NCBI GenBank assembly: GCA_963840455.1
Contig: CAWIYV010000009.1
Location: 320,001 to 384,000 of the forward strand
Length of the DNA stretch: 64,000 bases
DNA from: Nitrospirota bacterium
GTDB taxonomy: Bacteria; Nitrospirota; UBA9217
Direction of reading: 5' to 3'
In this document: in pieces, positions 1 through 9,960 of the stretch
How the letters are laid out: each line of letters begins with the position of its first letter
Numbering within the stretch: position 1 is the first letter of the stretch
Notes under the pieces: generated by a model
What the model was told of the DNA's origin: nothing
Databases searched by the model: none
What the model saw: only the letters and a program-made list of their open reading frames with translations
Made by a program: the position numbers and the translations under genes

Positions 1-1
1 C

Positions 2-754
2 GACGCGGCGCTCGTCGGGAAGGCGATCGCACTGGCAGCGGAATACGGATCGCGGGGTATCACGCTCAAACAGTATAAAAGGAAGATCACCGGGAGTTTC
101 CGGATCGACGACGGGTTCTATAACCGGGAGCTGGACATTTCCCGGGACCTCACGAAGGTATGGAACGGTCTGGATGACAGGAACAAGCAGCGGATCGACG
201 AGGCCCGGAACTATCCGCTTGCGCTCGACTATCCGACACGCGATATTACCGCGTTCTACAAACTGCTGCTCCACCATCACCACCGGAGCGGTGTGCCCTG
301 CGTTAGCAAGAAGTGGATCGAGGACCTCATCGCCTTCAAGCTCTATTCCGCGGCGCTTCTGACCTTGAACGGACGGCCGGTCGCCGGCACCCTCGTCAAG
401 GAGTTCAAGGACACGGTGTCCCTCCCGTTCAGCTGCATCGCCGGCGCCGATGAGCGGCACCGCATGTACGCCTATGATCTCTATTGGAAGCTCATTTCGC
501 GCTTCGCCGCGAGCGGCACGCGGATCTACCACTCGGGCCGCATCCCGCATAACAACGACGTGGAGGACTACCGGCTCGGATGGAACGGTACGCAGTATGG
601 CTACTATTACCAGTATTATCCGGAGGGCGATGCCATCCGCCAGGAGTCGAACAAGAAGGGAAAAAAACGGGAGCTGTTCACTGCGCTCTGGCGGCGGGTC
701 CCGGAAAGCATCGCAGCCCGGCTCGGGCCGTCCATCGTGAAACGATTTCCCTGA
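2..754 (+). CDS. FemAB-like/GNAT-fold protein of EPS (PEP-CTERM/XrtA-type) loci, 5'-truncated by the window edge
   Basis: Frame is open from position 2 (DAALVGKAIALAAEYG...) into ORF 293..754. The C-terminus 'LWRRVPESIAARLGPSIVKRFP' resembles FemAB-related EPS proteins. Confidence 0.7.
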   Translation, partial: DAALVGKAIALAAEYGSRGITLKQYKRKITGSFRIDDGFYNRELDISRDLTKVWNGLDDRNKQRIDEARNYPLALDYPTRDITAFYKLLLHHHHRSGVPCVSKKWIEDLIAFKLYSAALLTLNGRPVAGTLVKEFKDTVSLPFSCIAGADERHRMYAYDLYWKLISRFAASGTRIYHSGRIPHNNDVEDYRLGWNGTQYGYYYQYYPEGDAIRQESNKKGKKRELFTALWRRVPESIAARLGPSIVKRFP

Positions 755-867
755 ATCGGGCGCGCAGTGCGAACGTGAAGGCAACCATCTGCAGCGCACC
801 CCGGTCGATGCGAGCGCCCGGGAGCGAAGAGGATGATCAACGACGAAGCGGAAGAGGAGGAAGTACG

Positions 868-2178
868 ATGAAGATCAATATCTACGGCATGGGATACGTG
901 GGCTGCGTGTCGGCTGCCTGTCTGGCACAGGATGGTCACGAAGTGACCGGCATCGATGTGGACCCGGTCAAGGTGAACCTGATCAACAGAAAGAAGAGCC
1001 CGATCGTCGAACCGGGCCTTCCGGAACTGATCAGGAAGGTCGTGACCTCGGGAAACCTCAAGGCGAGCAACAACGGAGCAGGGCCAGCTGATGTCTCGAT
1101 CGTCTGCGTCGGTACGCCGAGCAGCAGGAACGGCAGCCTGCAGCTGGACTACATCAAGCGCGTGGCAGAACAGATCGGGAGCGTTCTGAAAAGGACGGCA
1201 GCCTATCATGTCGTCAACATCCGAAGCACCGTCTTGCCCGGCACCGTCAAGGAGACGATCATCCCGATTCTCGAGGAGCGGTCCCAAAAGCGGGCGGGGA
1301 AGGATTTCGGCGTATGCATGAACCCCGAATTCCTGCGGGAGGGGACGTCGATCAAGGATTACTATCATCCGCCGTTCACCGTGATCGGGCAGATAAACAA
1401 AAAGAGCGGAGCGGTCGTCGAGAAGCTCTACGGGACCATCGAGAACGCCCCGGTCATCAAGACAGCCATACAGGTGGCGGAAATGGTAAAATATAGCTGC
1501 AATACCTTCCATGCCCTGAAGGTGACCTTCGCGAACGAGATCGGGAACATCTGCAAGGCCGTAGGGGTTGACAGCCACGAGCTGATGGATATCTTCTGTC
1601 AGGACACGAAATTGAACATATCAAGCTATTATCTCAAGCCCGGTTTCGCCTTCGGCGGCTCTTGCTTGCCCAAGGACCTCCGGGCAGTCCTGTACAAGGC
1701 GAAGATGCTCGATCTCGACTGCGCGCTCCTGGATGCGGTCCTGAAGAGCAATGCCCACCAGATCGATACGGCTTACGATCTCATCAAAAATACGGGCAAG
1801 CGGAAGATCGGCGTGCTCGGCCTGAGCTTCAAGCCCGGGACCGACGATCTGCGCGAGAGCCCCATGGTGGAGCTCGTTGAAAGGCTGATCGGCAAAGGAT
1901 ACGAGATCCAGATCTACGATCATGAGGTGTCCCTCGCGAAGTTGTTCGGGTCGAACAAACGGTATATCGAGACCATGATCCCGCATATCTCAACACTCCT
2001 GAAACCGTCGATTAAGCAGGTGGTCAGCGGCGCGAAGCTGGTCGTAGTCGGAAAGAGCAACCAGGAAATCCAGCAGGCGGTCGCAAAGGCCAACGGCAGC
2101 AAGGTCGTGCTGGACCTTGTCAGACTCTTTGCCATATCCCCGAAAAAGGCGGCCCACTATGAAGGAATCTGCTGGTAG
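868..2178 (+). CDS. GDP-mannose/UDP-glucose 6-dehydrogenase family protein (AlgD-like)
   Basis: RBS GAGGAGG before ATG 868. Motifs GMGYVG (Rossmann), CVGTP, NPEFLREG, GFAFGGSCLPKD and FKPGTDDLRESP; ends EGICW as AlgD does; 436 aa. Confidence 0.92.
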   Translation: MKINIYGMGYVGCVSAACLAQDGHEVTGIDVDPVKVNLINRKKSPIVEPGLPELIRKVVTSGNLKASNNGAGPADVSIVCVGTPSSRNGSLQLDYIKRVAEQIGSVLKRTAAYHVVNIRSTVLPGTVKETIIPILEERSQKRAGKDFGVCMNPEFLREGTSIKDYYHPPFTVIGQINKKSGAVVEKLYGTIENAPVIKTAIQVAEMVKYSCNTFHALKVTFANEIGNICKAVGVDSHELMDIFCQDTKLNISSYYLKPGFAFGGSCLPKDLRAVLYKAKMLDLDCALLDAVLKSNAHQIDTAYDLIKNTGKRKIGVLGLSFKPGTDDLRESPMVELVERLIGKGYEIQIYDHEVSLAKLFGSNKRYIETMIPHISTLLKPSIKQVVSGAKLVVVGKSNQEIQQAVAKANGSKVVLDLVRLFAISPKKAAHYEGICW

Positions 2179-3460
2179 TACGCTGCTGTTCGTCGAGAAC
2201 CGCTACCCCCATGATCCCCGCGTGCGGAACGAGGCGACCGCGCTGGTAGCAGCCGGATACCGGGTGACGGTGATCTCGCTGCGCGCGAAGGACGAGCCAA
2301 GCCACGCGTTCTTTGACGGCGTGGAGGCCTATCGCATCCCGCGCATCACCCTGTTCAATAAGACGAACCGAAGCGTCCAGACATTCCACGGCAGGATCCT
2401 GACCGCCTTCAAGTCGCTCATCGGCTACCTGGTCGAGTATTCCTACTTCACGCTGGGCAGCCTGTTCATCAGCATGTACGTATGCGCCAGGCAGCGCGTC
2501 GATATCATCCACCTGAACAACCCTCCGGACACGCTCTGGACCATCGCAGCGCTGTACAAGCTGCTGGGCAAGAAGGTCGTGTTCGATCATCACGATCTGT
2601 CCCCGGAGCTCTACCTGTCCCGCTACGGAATCAAGGGAGAAGGGAAGGGAATGATCTACCGCACTCTCCTCCTGCTGGAGAAGATCAACCTGAAGATTGC
2701 CGATGTCGTGATCGCGACGAACGAATCCTATCGTGAGAACGACATCCGGCGGGGCAATCTGGACGAACGGAAGGTGTTCATCGTGCGGAACGGTCCGGAC
2801 CTGAACCGCGTGCGGCTGACCGCGTCCGACGAGCGGCTGAAGAGCATGAACAAGAAGATCCTGGCCTATATCGGCATCATGGGGCCCCAGGACGGCGTCG
2901 ATTACCTCATACGGGCCCTGCACCATCTGGTCTATGGGATCGGCAGGACCGATTTCTACTGTGTCCTCATCGGGAAAGGCGATTCACTCGAGTCCCTCAA
3001 GGCCCTCGCCCACGACCTCAAGATCGACGAGCACGTCTGGTTCACGGGGTTCATCCCCGATGCGGACGTCATACGGTATCTTTCGACCGCCGACATCTGC
3101 GTCGACCCCGATCCGTCCAGTCCATTGAACGATGTGTCGACATGGATCAAGATCATGGAGTATATGGCGTTGGAAAAGCCCATCGTGACCTTCGATCTCA
3201 AGGAGACGCGGTATTCCGCAGGGGATGCCGCCCTCTATGTACGCCCCAACGATGAAGAGGGCTTTGCGCAGGCGATCGTCACCCTCATGGACGATCCGGA
3301 GCTGTGCCGGCAGATGGGAAAGCGGGGACGGGAACGGGTCGAGCGTGAGCTGCACTGGGGCATTGTGAAACAGAATCTTCTGGACGCCTACGCATGGTGC
3401 CTCACCCCGGGCAAGAAACGAAGCGCGTCGGAAGTGGTGCAACGGCAGACCGAGGAGTGA
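2159..3460 (+). CDS. glycosyltransferase family 4
   Basis: DPRVRNEA N-terminus, DHHDLSPE, KIMEYMALEKPIV (GT-B). Start at MKESAG overlaps the upstream stop. Confidence 0.9.
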   Translation: MKESAGSTLLFVENRYPHDPRVRNEATALVAAGYRVTVISLRAKDEPSHAFFDGVEAYRIPRITLFNKTNRSVQTFHGRILTAFKSLIGYLVEYSYFTLGSLFISMYVCARQRVDIIHLNNPPDTLWTIAALYKLLGKKVVFDHHDLSPELYLSRYGIKGEGKGMIYRTLLLLEKINLKIADVVIATNESYRENDIRRGNLDERKVFIVRNGPDLNRVRLTASDERLKSMNKKILAYIGIMGPQDGVDYLIRALHHLVYGIGRTDFYCVLIGKGDSLESLKALAHDLKIDEHVWFTGFIPDADVIRYLSTADICVDPDPSSPLNDVSTWIKIMEYMALEKPIVTFDLKETRYSAGDAALYVRPNDEEGFAQAIVTLMDDPELCRQMGKRGRERVERELHWGIVKQNLLDAYAWCLTPGKKRSASEVVQRQTEE

Positions 3461-3565
3461 CGCCCCGGCGGGTCATTGCCCTTTCGGGAAGACAGCTGTA
3501 CGATCGACGTTCTCGCTGGTTCCTCACGACAAAAACCATGGCCCTTTTGAAAAGTCAGAGGTAAC

Positions 3566-4507
3566 ATGCAATCAGGAAAGATTACATATGTACTCATAAC
3601 GCCAGCGAGGAATGAAGAGGCATACATCGAGAAAACGATTCAAGCTGTCGTCGCTCAGACCATTTTGCCCAGAAAGTGGATTATCGTCAGCGATGGTTCA
3701 ACGGATCGAACGGATGATATTGTAAAAAAATACCTGCCTGATCATCCCTGGATTGAACTTATCCGCATGCCGGAACACAGGGACAGGCACTTTGCCGCCA
3801 AGGTCATGTGTTTTAAGGCGGGCTATGAGAAAGTGAAGAACACGGAACATGACATTATCGGCAGTCTTGACGCCGATATCACGTTCGAACCGGATTATTT
3901 CGAATTTCTCTTGCGCAAGCTCGCCGACCTCCCCGAGCTCGGTGTAGTCGGTACCCCTTTCATAGAGGGCTCAGCGCATTATGATTACCGGTTCACGAAC
4001 ATCGAGCATGTATCAGGGGCATGTCAGATGTTCAGGCGTGAATGCTTTGAGGATATCGGCGGATATGTTCCCAATAAAGCCGGTGGAATCGACTGGATCG
4101 CTGTGACGACAGCCAGGATGAAAGGGTGGAAGACGAGGACGTATACCGAGAAGACCTGCATCCACCATCGCATAATCGGAACAGGCAGCCACGGCAATGT
4201 CATGAGGTGGTTTAAACAAGGCCGGAAAGACTACCTTTTAGGCAGTCATCCCCTGTGGCAGGTATTTAGGTCCCTCTATCAAATGAAACAGAAACCCTAT
4301 GTTATCTGCGGTTCATATTTGCTGACAGGATATATCTGGTCAATGATGAAGAGAGAGAAACGACCAATCTCCCGAGAGTTGATCATATTCAACAGGAGGG
4401 AGCAGATGCAAAGGCTGAAGATGATCTTTTTCGCCTCCCCGTCGCATGTTTCGAGGTCAGCAGGGGAGTGCTCAGTTGGAAAACCGGGAACCGGAAGGGG
4501 TGCTTGA
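3566..4507 (+). CDS. glycosyltransferase family 2
   Basis: ITPARNEE, VSDGSTDRT, DADI motif; RBS GAGGT. Confidence 0.9.
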   Translation: MQSGKITYVLITPARNEEAYIEKTIQAVVAQTILPRKWIIVSDGSTDRTDDIVKKYLPDHPWIELIRMPEHRDRHFAAKVMCFKAGYEKVKNTEHDIIGSLDADITFEPDYFEFLLRKLADLPELGVVGTPFIEGSAHYDYRFTNIEHVSGACQMFRRECFEDIGGYVPNKAGGIDWIAVTTARMKGWKTRTYTEKTCIHHRIIGTGSHGNVMRWFKQGRKDYLLGSHPLWQVFRSLYQMKQKPYVICGSYLLTGYIWSMMKREKRPISRELIIFNRREQMQRLKMIFFASPSHVSRSAGECSVGKPGTGRGA

Positions 4508-5377
4508 GTGCTGGTGCTGGACAGGATCATGAAATTACTCATTTCGCTGGTCTATCACGCATACCGGAAGGTCCGTACCCTGGCGGGCGCTCTCGTGGGT
4601 GAAGGTCGATCGGGGCGCTATGTGGTATTGACCTATCACGCCGTTAAGGCCGGGCAGCAAGATAGGTTCGCATCGCAAATGGAATCGCTGAAAAAACACG
4701 GCACAGTTGTCTCAGCAGAAGCGGCTGCTCCCCGTGACGGCGAGAACCGGATCGCCATAACGTTCGACGATGGCTTTACGAGCGTGGCCGAGAATGCATT
4801 GCCGGTCATGGACGCGCAGGGGGTGCCGGCAACGATCTTTGTCCCGACGGGCTATCTGGGAGCGCGTGCCGGGTGGATAACGAAGCGGGAACATCCAAAC
4901 TATCATGAGGTCGTCCTGACGGGGCGGCAATTACAGGGGCTCCCGAACGACTTTGTCTGCATCGGATCACACACTGTTCTTCACCGGGACCTGTCATCCG
5001 TGAAGCCCGACGAGGCCGAAGCCGAGCTCCGGCAGTCAAAGGAGGCGCTGGAATCACTCCTGAACAGACCCGTGCGCCTGCTCTCCTTGCCTTACGGCAG
5101 CTGTAATCCCACCGTACTGGAATTAGCGAGGACGGCGGGTTATCAGCGTATATTTCTGAATGTCCCGGTGTCTAATGCCGCTGCTGGCGGGGAAGATGTC
5201 GTGGGAAGGACGAACGCCTCGCCTGATGATTGGGGTATCGAGTTTACGTTGAAGGCCAGGGGAGCATATGAGTGGCTTCCCGTCGCGATAAAGGTGAAGA
5301 GGCGCCTGCGGCATCTGCTTGCAGGAACAATGCACCTGCGGGCCAAGTCCCGTGATGCAGGAATCGCCAACAGTTGA
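4508..5377 (+). CDS. polysaccharide deacetylase (CE4/NodB-like)
   Basis: LTYH, ITFDDG, GSHTVLH, LPYG. Start may instead be ATG 4529. Confidence 0.85.
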   Translation: MLVLDRIMKLLISLVYHAYRKVRTLAGALVGEGRSGRYVVLTYHAVKAGQQDRFASQMESLKKHGTVVSAEAAAPRDGENRIAITFDDGFTSVAENALPVMDAQGVPATIFVPTGYLGARAGWITKREHPNYHEVVLTGRQLQGLPNDFVCIGSHTVLHRDLSSVKPDEAEAELRQSKEALESLLNRPVRLLSLPYGSCNPTVLELARTAGYQRIFLNVPVSNAAAGGEDVVGRTNASPDDWGIEFTLKARGAYEWLPVAIKVKRRLRHLLAGTMHLRAKSRDAGIANS

Positions 5378-5467
5378 GAGCGGGCTGAAACGGGGCATTG
5401 CGGGGCGGCAACTTCCCGGATCCTGCGCACGGCGCATCCCCGAACGTGAAGAAAGGAGCAGAGGCGA

Positions 5468-6709
5468 ATGAAGGAAAGAGCAGACAGGGTGGAAAAGAGC
5501 CTGGCGAAACTGGAGCGCTGGGTGGTCGATCACGATTACCGAGGGTATGAGCCCTTTGACGGTCTGTCCTCGGTCCTGAGGCCGCTGACGTTCCGGAACG
5601 AGCTGGCCGAACGTCTTCTGCAGCAGGCCGTGCGTCAGAGCCCGATCAACCTTCGTCCCCTTTTTGGCGTGAAGCCGCTCGATTCCACGAAGGGGAGGGG
5701 CTACATGGCATGGGGCTACCTCGCCATGCTGCGGGACCGGCACGACGACGCGATCCGCGCCCGGGCGATCGAGTGCCTGGAATGGCTGATCAAGAACAAG
5801 TCGCCGTTCTACCGGGACTTCAGCTGGGGAAACCATTTCGACTATTCGAGCCGCGGCGGCCAGATGCCCAAGTACGAGCCCACCATCGTGTGGACGAGCC
5901 TGATTGGCAATGCATTCCTGGATGGTTATGAGATCCTGAAGGACGAGCGATATCTGAACGTGGCCCGGAGCGTCTGCGATTGGATCCTGTCGCTGCCGCG
6001 GGACGTGAACGGCACCGGCACCTGTCTCAGCTATGTGAAATACCAGAAGAGCTCTATCCACAATTCCAACATGCTTGGCGCCGCGATGCTGGCCCGCACC
6101 GCCTCCCTGACGGGCGACCGGTCCGCGCTGCCGCTGGCAAAGGAAGCGATGCGGTACAGCTGTGCCAACCAGAATCCGGACGGCGCATGGTACTACGGGA
6201 AGGCCGAAAAGTACCACTGGATCGACAATTTCCACACCGGCTACAACCTGGACAGTCTGAAGCGTTATATCGCGTACGCCGGTGACCGAGAATTTGAGGA
6301 GAACCTGCAGCGAGGATATGGCTACTACAAGACGCACTTCTTCGAGCCAAGCGGGCGGCCGAAATACTACCACGACCGCTCCTATCCGATCGATATCCAG
6401 TGTGCGGCGCAGGCGATCGATACGCTGGTGCTGTTCTCGGATCAGGACCCGTCGTCGATCGAGCTTGCCTGGCGCGTTGCGAACTGGACGATCAGCAACA
6501 TGCAGGACGGAAGCGGGTACTTCTACTACCGGATCCTTCCGCTCAAGAAGGTGAGGATCCCGATGATCCATTGGGGGCAGGCTACAATGTTCAAGGCCCT
6601 CGCTCATCTGTTGACGAAGCTCCGGGGCACGCACAATGACCTTGCGAGTGTACGGGATGGCCAGAGCACCAATGCTCCGGACCGGAAAATGTCCGTGAAG
6701 GTGCTTTGA
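5468..6709 (+). CDS. conserved EPS-locus protein, predicted (alpha/alpha)-barrel (epimerase/glycosidase-like), function unknown
   Basis: RBS AAGGAG/GAGG. Helical repeats with GAWYYG, WIDNFHTGYNL, YPIDI, GYFYY and WGQA motifs. Confidence 0.65.
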   Translation: MKERADRVEKSLAKLERWVVDHDYRGYEPFDGLSSVLRPLTFRNELAERLLQQAVRQSPINLRPLFGVKPLDSTKGRGYMAWGYLAMLRDRHDDAIRARAIECLEWLIKNKSPFYRDFSWGNHFDYSSRGGQMPKYEPTIVWTSLIGNAFLDGYEILKDERYLNVARSVCDWILSLPRDVNGTGTCLSYVKYQKSSIHNSNMLGAAMLARTASLTGDRSALPLAKEAMRYSCANQNPDGAWYYGKAEKYHWIDNFHTGYNLDSLKRYIAYAGDREFEENLQRGYGYYKTHFFEPSGRPKYYHDRSYPIDIQCAAQAIDTLVLFSDQDPSSIELAWRVANWTISNMQDGSGYFYYRILPLKKVRIPMIHWGQATMFKALAHLLTKLRGTHNDLASVRDGQSTNAPDRKMSVKVL

Positions 6710-6767
6710 TATCGAAAGGAACCATGGTTTCCGGAGTACATGCATTGCAGCTCCTGTCTTGCTCAGG

Positions 6768-7730
6768 ATGAAGGAACGACATCACATAACGGTCTGTGTC
6801 TGCACCTATGAGCGGCCTCAGCTGCTTGCCCGGCTGCTCCAGGCGCTGGGCCGTCAGCAGAACGATGGGCTCTTTACCCTCTCCGTGGTGGTCGTGGACA
6901 ATGACCGTCGTCAGTCCGGCCGCAAAGCGGTCGAGGAGGCCGCCGCGAGCGGGATCGTGTCCGTGCAATACGCCGTGGAACCGGTGCAGAACATCGCCCT
7001 TGCGAGGAACCGTGCCGTACGGAAGGCGTCGGGGACGCACATCGCCTTCCTCGATGATGACGAGAGGCCCATCGACACCTGGCTCCTGCATCTTTATCGG
7101 ACCTGCCTGGCGCATGACGCCGACGGCGTCCTCGGTCCGGTAAAGCCGGAGTTTAACGGGACGCCGCCCGCCTGGATCGTGAAGGGACGGATCTGCGAGC
7201 GGAAGAACCATGCCACCGGAACCATCCTGCGGCACTATACCGATACGCGGACGGGCAATGTTCTGTTCAACAGCCGCATCTTTGCGGGCGAGGATCGCCC
7301 CTTTGATCCGGGCTTCGGGAGGACAGGCGGCGAGGATACGGACTTCTTTCGTCGCATGCTGCACAAAGGGTGCACCTTTGTCTGGTGCAACGAGGCGGAA
7401 GCGTACGAGACGGTCCCGCCCGAACGGCTGACACGCTCCTACTATCTCCGCCGTGCCCTGCTGCGAGGTTCCGTCGCATTCCGCCAACCGACGGTCCGGC
7501 TGAAGGTCCTGGGCGTGGCCAAGTCCATGGCTGCGGTCGCCGTCTACACACCCCTGATGCCGCTCTTCCTGGCTGCGGGCCCCCATATTCTCATGAAGTA
7601 CCTTATCAGATACTGTGATCATCTCGGAAAACTCATGGCCGCCGTCGGGTTCGATGTCGTCAAGGAGCGGAGCCAGGTGACCGCCGGACCGTCGGGCGGG
7701 CAGTATCCTGAGATGCCGGAGCGCCGATGA
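6768..7730 (+). CDS. glycosyltransferase family 2 (ExoM-like)
   Basis: VCVCTYERP, VVVDND, NIALARN, FLDDDE, TGGEDTDFF. Confidence 0.88.
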   Translation: MKERHHITVCVCTYERPQLLARLLQALGRQQNDGLFTLSVVVVDNDRRQSGRKAVEEAAASGIVSVQYAVEPVQNIALARNRAVRKASGTHIAFLDDDERPIDTWLLHLYRTCLAHDADGVLGPVKPEFNGTPPAWIVKGRICERKNHATGTILRHYTDTRTGNVLFNSRIFAGEDRPFDPGFGRTGGEDTDFFRRMLHKGCTFVWCNEAEAYETVPPERLTRSYYLRRALLRGSVAFRQPTVRLKVLGVAKSMAAVAVYTPLMPLFLAAGPHILMKYLIRYCDHLGKLMAAVGFDVVKERSQVTAGPSGGQYPEMPERR

Positions 7731-8878
7731 AAAAGGTACTGCTCATATCCAACCGCGTCATGCATTACCGGGTATCGGTGTACAATTACTTCGCGCGGAC
7801 CTTTCGGCAGCACGGCTGGGAGCTCATCGTCAGGAGCGACGAACTCCAGAAGGAGAATCCCCATCCGCTGGAGTTCGATTTCCGGGAGATCGACCTTACC
7901 TTCCGCAACTGCCGCGACGAGATAGCCCGGATCGGCCCGCAGGTCGTCATTCTCTTTCTCCATCTCAAGGACCCGGTCCTGTGGCCGCTCATTCACTGGC
8001 TGCCGCTGAAGGGGATCCCGCTGATCTACTGGACAAAAGGCGCGAACCTGGACAAAGCCAACAGCAGGTTGAGATACCTTCTGTTCAATTATGTGCACGG
8101 CAGGTGCGACCGCCTGATCCTGTATTCTCCCAACGAGGTGAAGTATCTGACACGGGCGAACCGCCGCAAGGTGTACGTTGCCAACAACACGATCAACTTC
8201 GAGGACTTTCCCGCGATCACGGATTCCCGGGAGTCGATCAAGCGCGAGTTCCATATCCCCTTTGACAAGGTCGTGCTTTCCGTCGGGAGGATGGACGTGG
8301 GCGGCCAGCGGAAGAAGGTCGATCACCTCGTCGAGGTGTTCCGCCGGATCAGCGTGCCCGGCGCCGGTCTGGTCATCGTCGGCGCAGGCGTGAGCCGGGA
8401 GCTCCTGGAACGGATGAACAGGAAGAACACGATCTATCTCGGAGAGATCTACGATGCAAAAAACATCCAGATCAGCAGGATCTTCAGCATGGCCGACCTT
8501 TTCTGCATTCCGGGCCATGTCGGCCTCGGTCTGGTACAGGCGTTCCACTTCGGCCTGCCGGTCGTAACAGAGGAGGGTCTGCAGCCTCCGGAGATACACT
8601 ACCTGCGCGACGGTTGGAACGGATACCAGGTGCCTGAGGACGACATCGATGCCCTGCAGGAGCGCATCGAGCATCTGCTCCGGAACGACGAGGTGCGACA
8701 CACCTTTTCCCTGAACGCGAGGCAGAGGATCGAGGAGAACGGAAGCATCCAGAACATGTTCCTTGGATTCAAGAACTGCATCGAATCCCTCGTACCTGCG
8801 GCCGGCGCTACCGGAGGGCCGGAGATCGCCGCGTCCTGCATGGCCGGCCCAGGACGGCCACGGTCAAATCACCCATGA
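7727..8878 (+). CDS. glycosyltransferase family 4
   Basis: SVGR...KKVD, IPGHVGLGLVQAFHFGLPVVT; ATGA overlap with upstream gene. Confidence 0.85.
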   Translation: MKKVLLISNRVMHYRVSVYNYFARTFRQHGWELIVRSDELQKENPHPLEFDFREIDLTFRNCRDEIARIGPQVVILFLHLKDPVLWPLIHWLPLKGIPLIYWTKGANLDKANSRLRYLLFNYVHGRCDRLILYSPNEVKYLTRANRRKVYVANNTINFEDFPAITDSRESIKREFHIPFDKVVLSVGRMDVGGQRKKVDHLVEVFRRISVPGAGLVIVGAGVSRELLERMNRKNTIYLGEIYDAKNIQISRIFSMADLFCIPGHVGLGLVQAFHFGLPVVTEEGLQPPEIHYLRDGWNGYQVPEDDIDALQERIEHLLRNDEVRHTFSLNARQRIEENGSIQNMFLGFKNCIESLVPAAGATGGPEIAASCMAGPGRPRSNHP

Positions 8879-9876
8879 TGCGCTCCCTCGTGTCGCATAT
8901 TCCCTACGGCCTGATCAAGCATCTGCCGCAGGCAGGTCTCATCGTGCCCTATTACCACATGATCAGCGACCGACCGGTACAGCATGTGCGGCATCTCTAT
9001 GCCCACAAGAGCATTCGGGAGTTCGAACGCGATCTCGAGTTCCTCCTGCTCCATTATGCGCCCATCGGCCTGCCGGAGCTGCTGGCCGCCCTTCGGCAGG
9101 GACGCGTGCTGCCGAAGCGATCATTCCTGCTCACGTTCGATGACGGGTTCCGCGAGATGCACGACATCGTCGCCCCGCTGCTGTACGCAAAAGGCGTACC
9201 TGCTGTGTTCTTTGTTACCACAGCCTTTCTGGACAACCAGACGCTCTGTCATCAGCATGCTGCGAGCGTCATCGCTGAACGTCTTTCGCAGATATCGTCG
9301 CCGGCCCTGATCGCACAGATGCGATCGGCGCTTGCAGCTGCCGGCGCGGGGGATGGCGATCTCGCCAAGGCCGTGGTCTCCCTCCCATACCGGCAGCGGT
9401 CACTCGTCGAGAGCATCGCCCATATGGCCGGCGTCGATACCCGCGATTACCTGCAGCATGAGCGTCCCTACCTGACCTCGGAGCACATATTCAAGCTTAT
9501 CGGGATGGGATTTTCAATCGGGGCGCACAGCATCGATCATCCGCTCTATGAGGACCTGACCCTCGAGGAGCAGCTGCGGCAGACGCGGGAGAGTGTACGA
9601 TACGTGCGGCAGGTCTATCACCTCGACTACGCAGCTTTTGCGTTCCCCCATCATGACCGCGGGGTATCCCTGCGCTTCTTCGAGGAGCTGTACGGCAGCG
9701 GTGCGCTCGATATCTCCTTTGGGACCGGAGGGTTGATCAGCGACGATTGGCCGAAGAACATCCAGCGGCTCAGCTTCGAACGGCCGCGGGTACCCGCAAA
9801 GGAGATACTCGTCCATGCAACGGCACGCAAGTTCTATCGGACCATTATTGGAAAGAACCGGCAGCTGCGCCAGTGA
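8875..9876 (+). CDS. polysaccharide deacetylase (CE4)
   Basis: PYYH, LTFDDG, GAHSIDH, AFP; ATGA overlap. Confidence 0.85.
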   Translation: MMRSLVSHIPYGLIKHLPQAGLIVPYYHMISDRPVQHVRHLYAHKSIREFERDLEFLLLHYAPIGLPELLAALRQGRVLPKRSFLLTFDDGFREMHDIVAPLLYAKGVPAVFFVTTAFLDNQTLCHQHAASVIAERLSQISSPALIAQMRSALAAAGAGDGDLAKAVVSLPYRQRSLVESIAHMAGVDTRDYLQHERPYLTSEHIFKLIGMGFSIGAHSIDHPLYEDLTLEEQLRQTRESVRYVRQVYHLDYAAFAFPHHDRGVSLRFFEELYGSGALDISFGTGGLISDDWPKNIQRLSFERPRVPAKEILVHATARKFYRTIIGKNRQLRQ

Positions 9877-9960
9877 CCGCGGCTGCGCGAAGACCTTGAT
9901 ACCAATCGCCGCGATGAAGCCCTGCGGACGACAGCACCGGACCGGACAGAGGAGCGCTCT

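Noticed and set aside
5123-6745. Long antisense ORFs (also 9514-10905, 14268-15443, 37124-38467, 46328-47707, 61355-62794)
   Set aside because: They are shadow frames opposite well-supported genes in high-GC DNA and contain no recognisable motifs.
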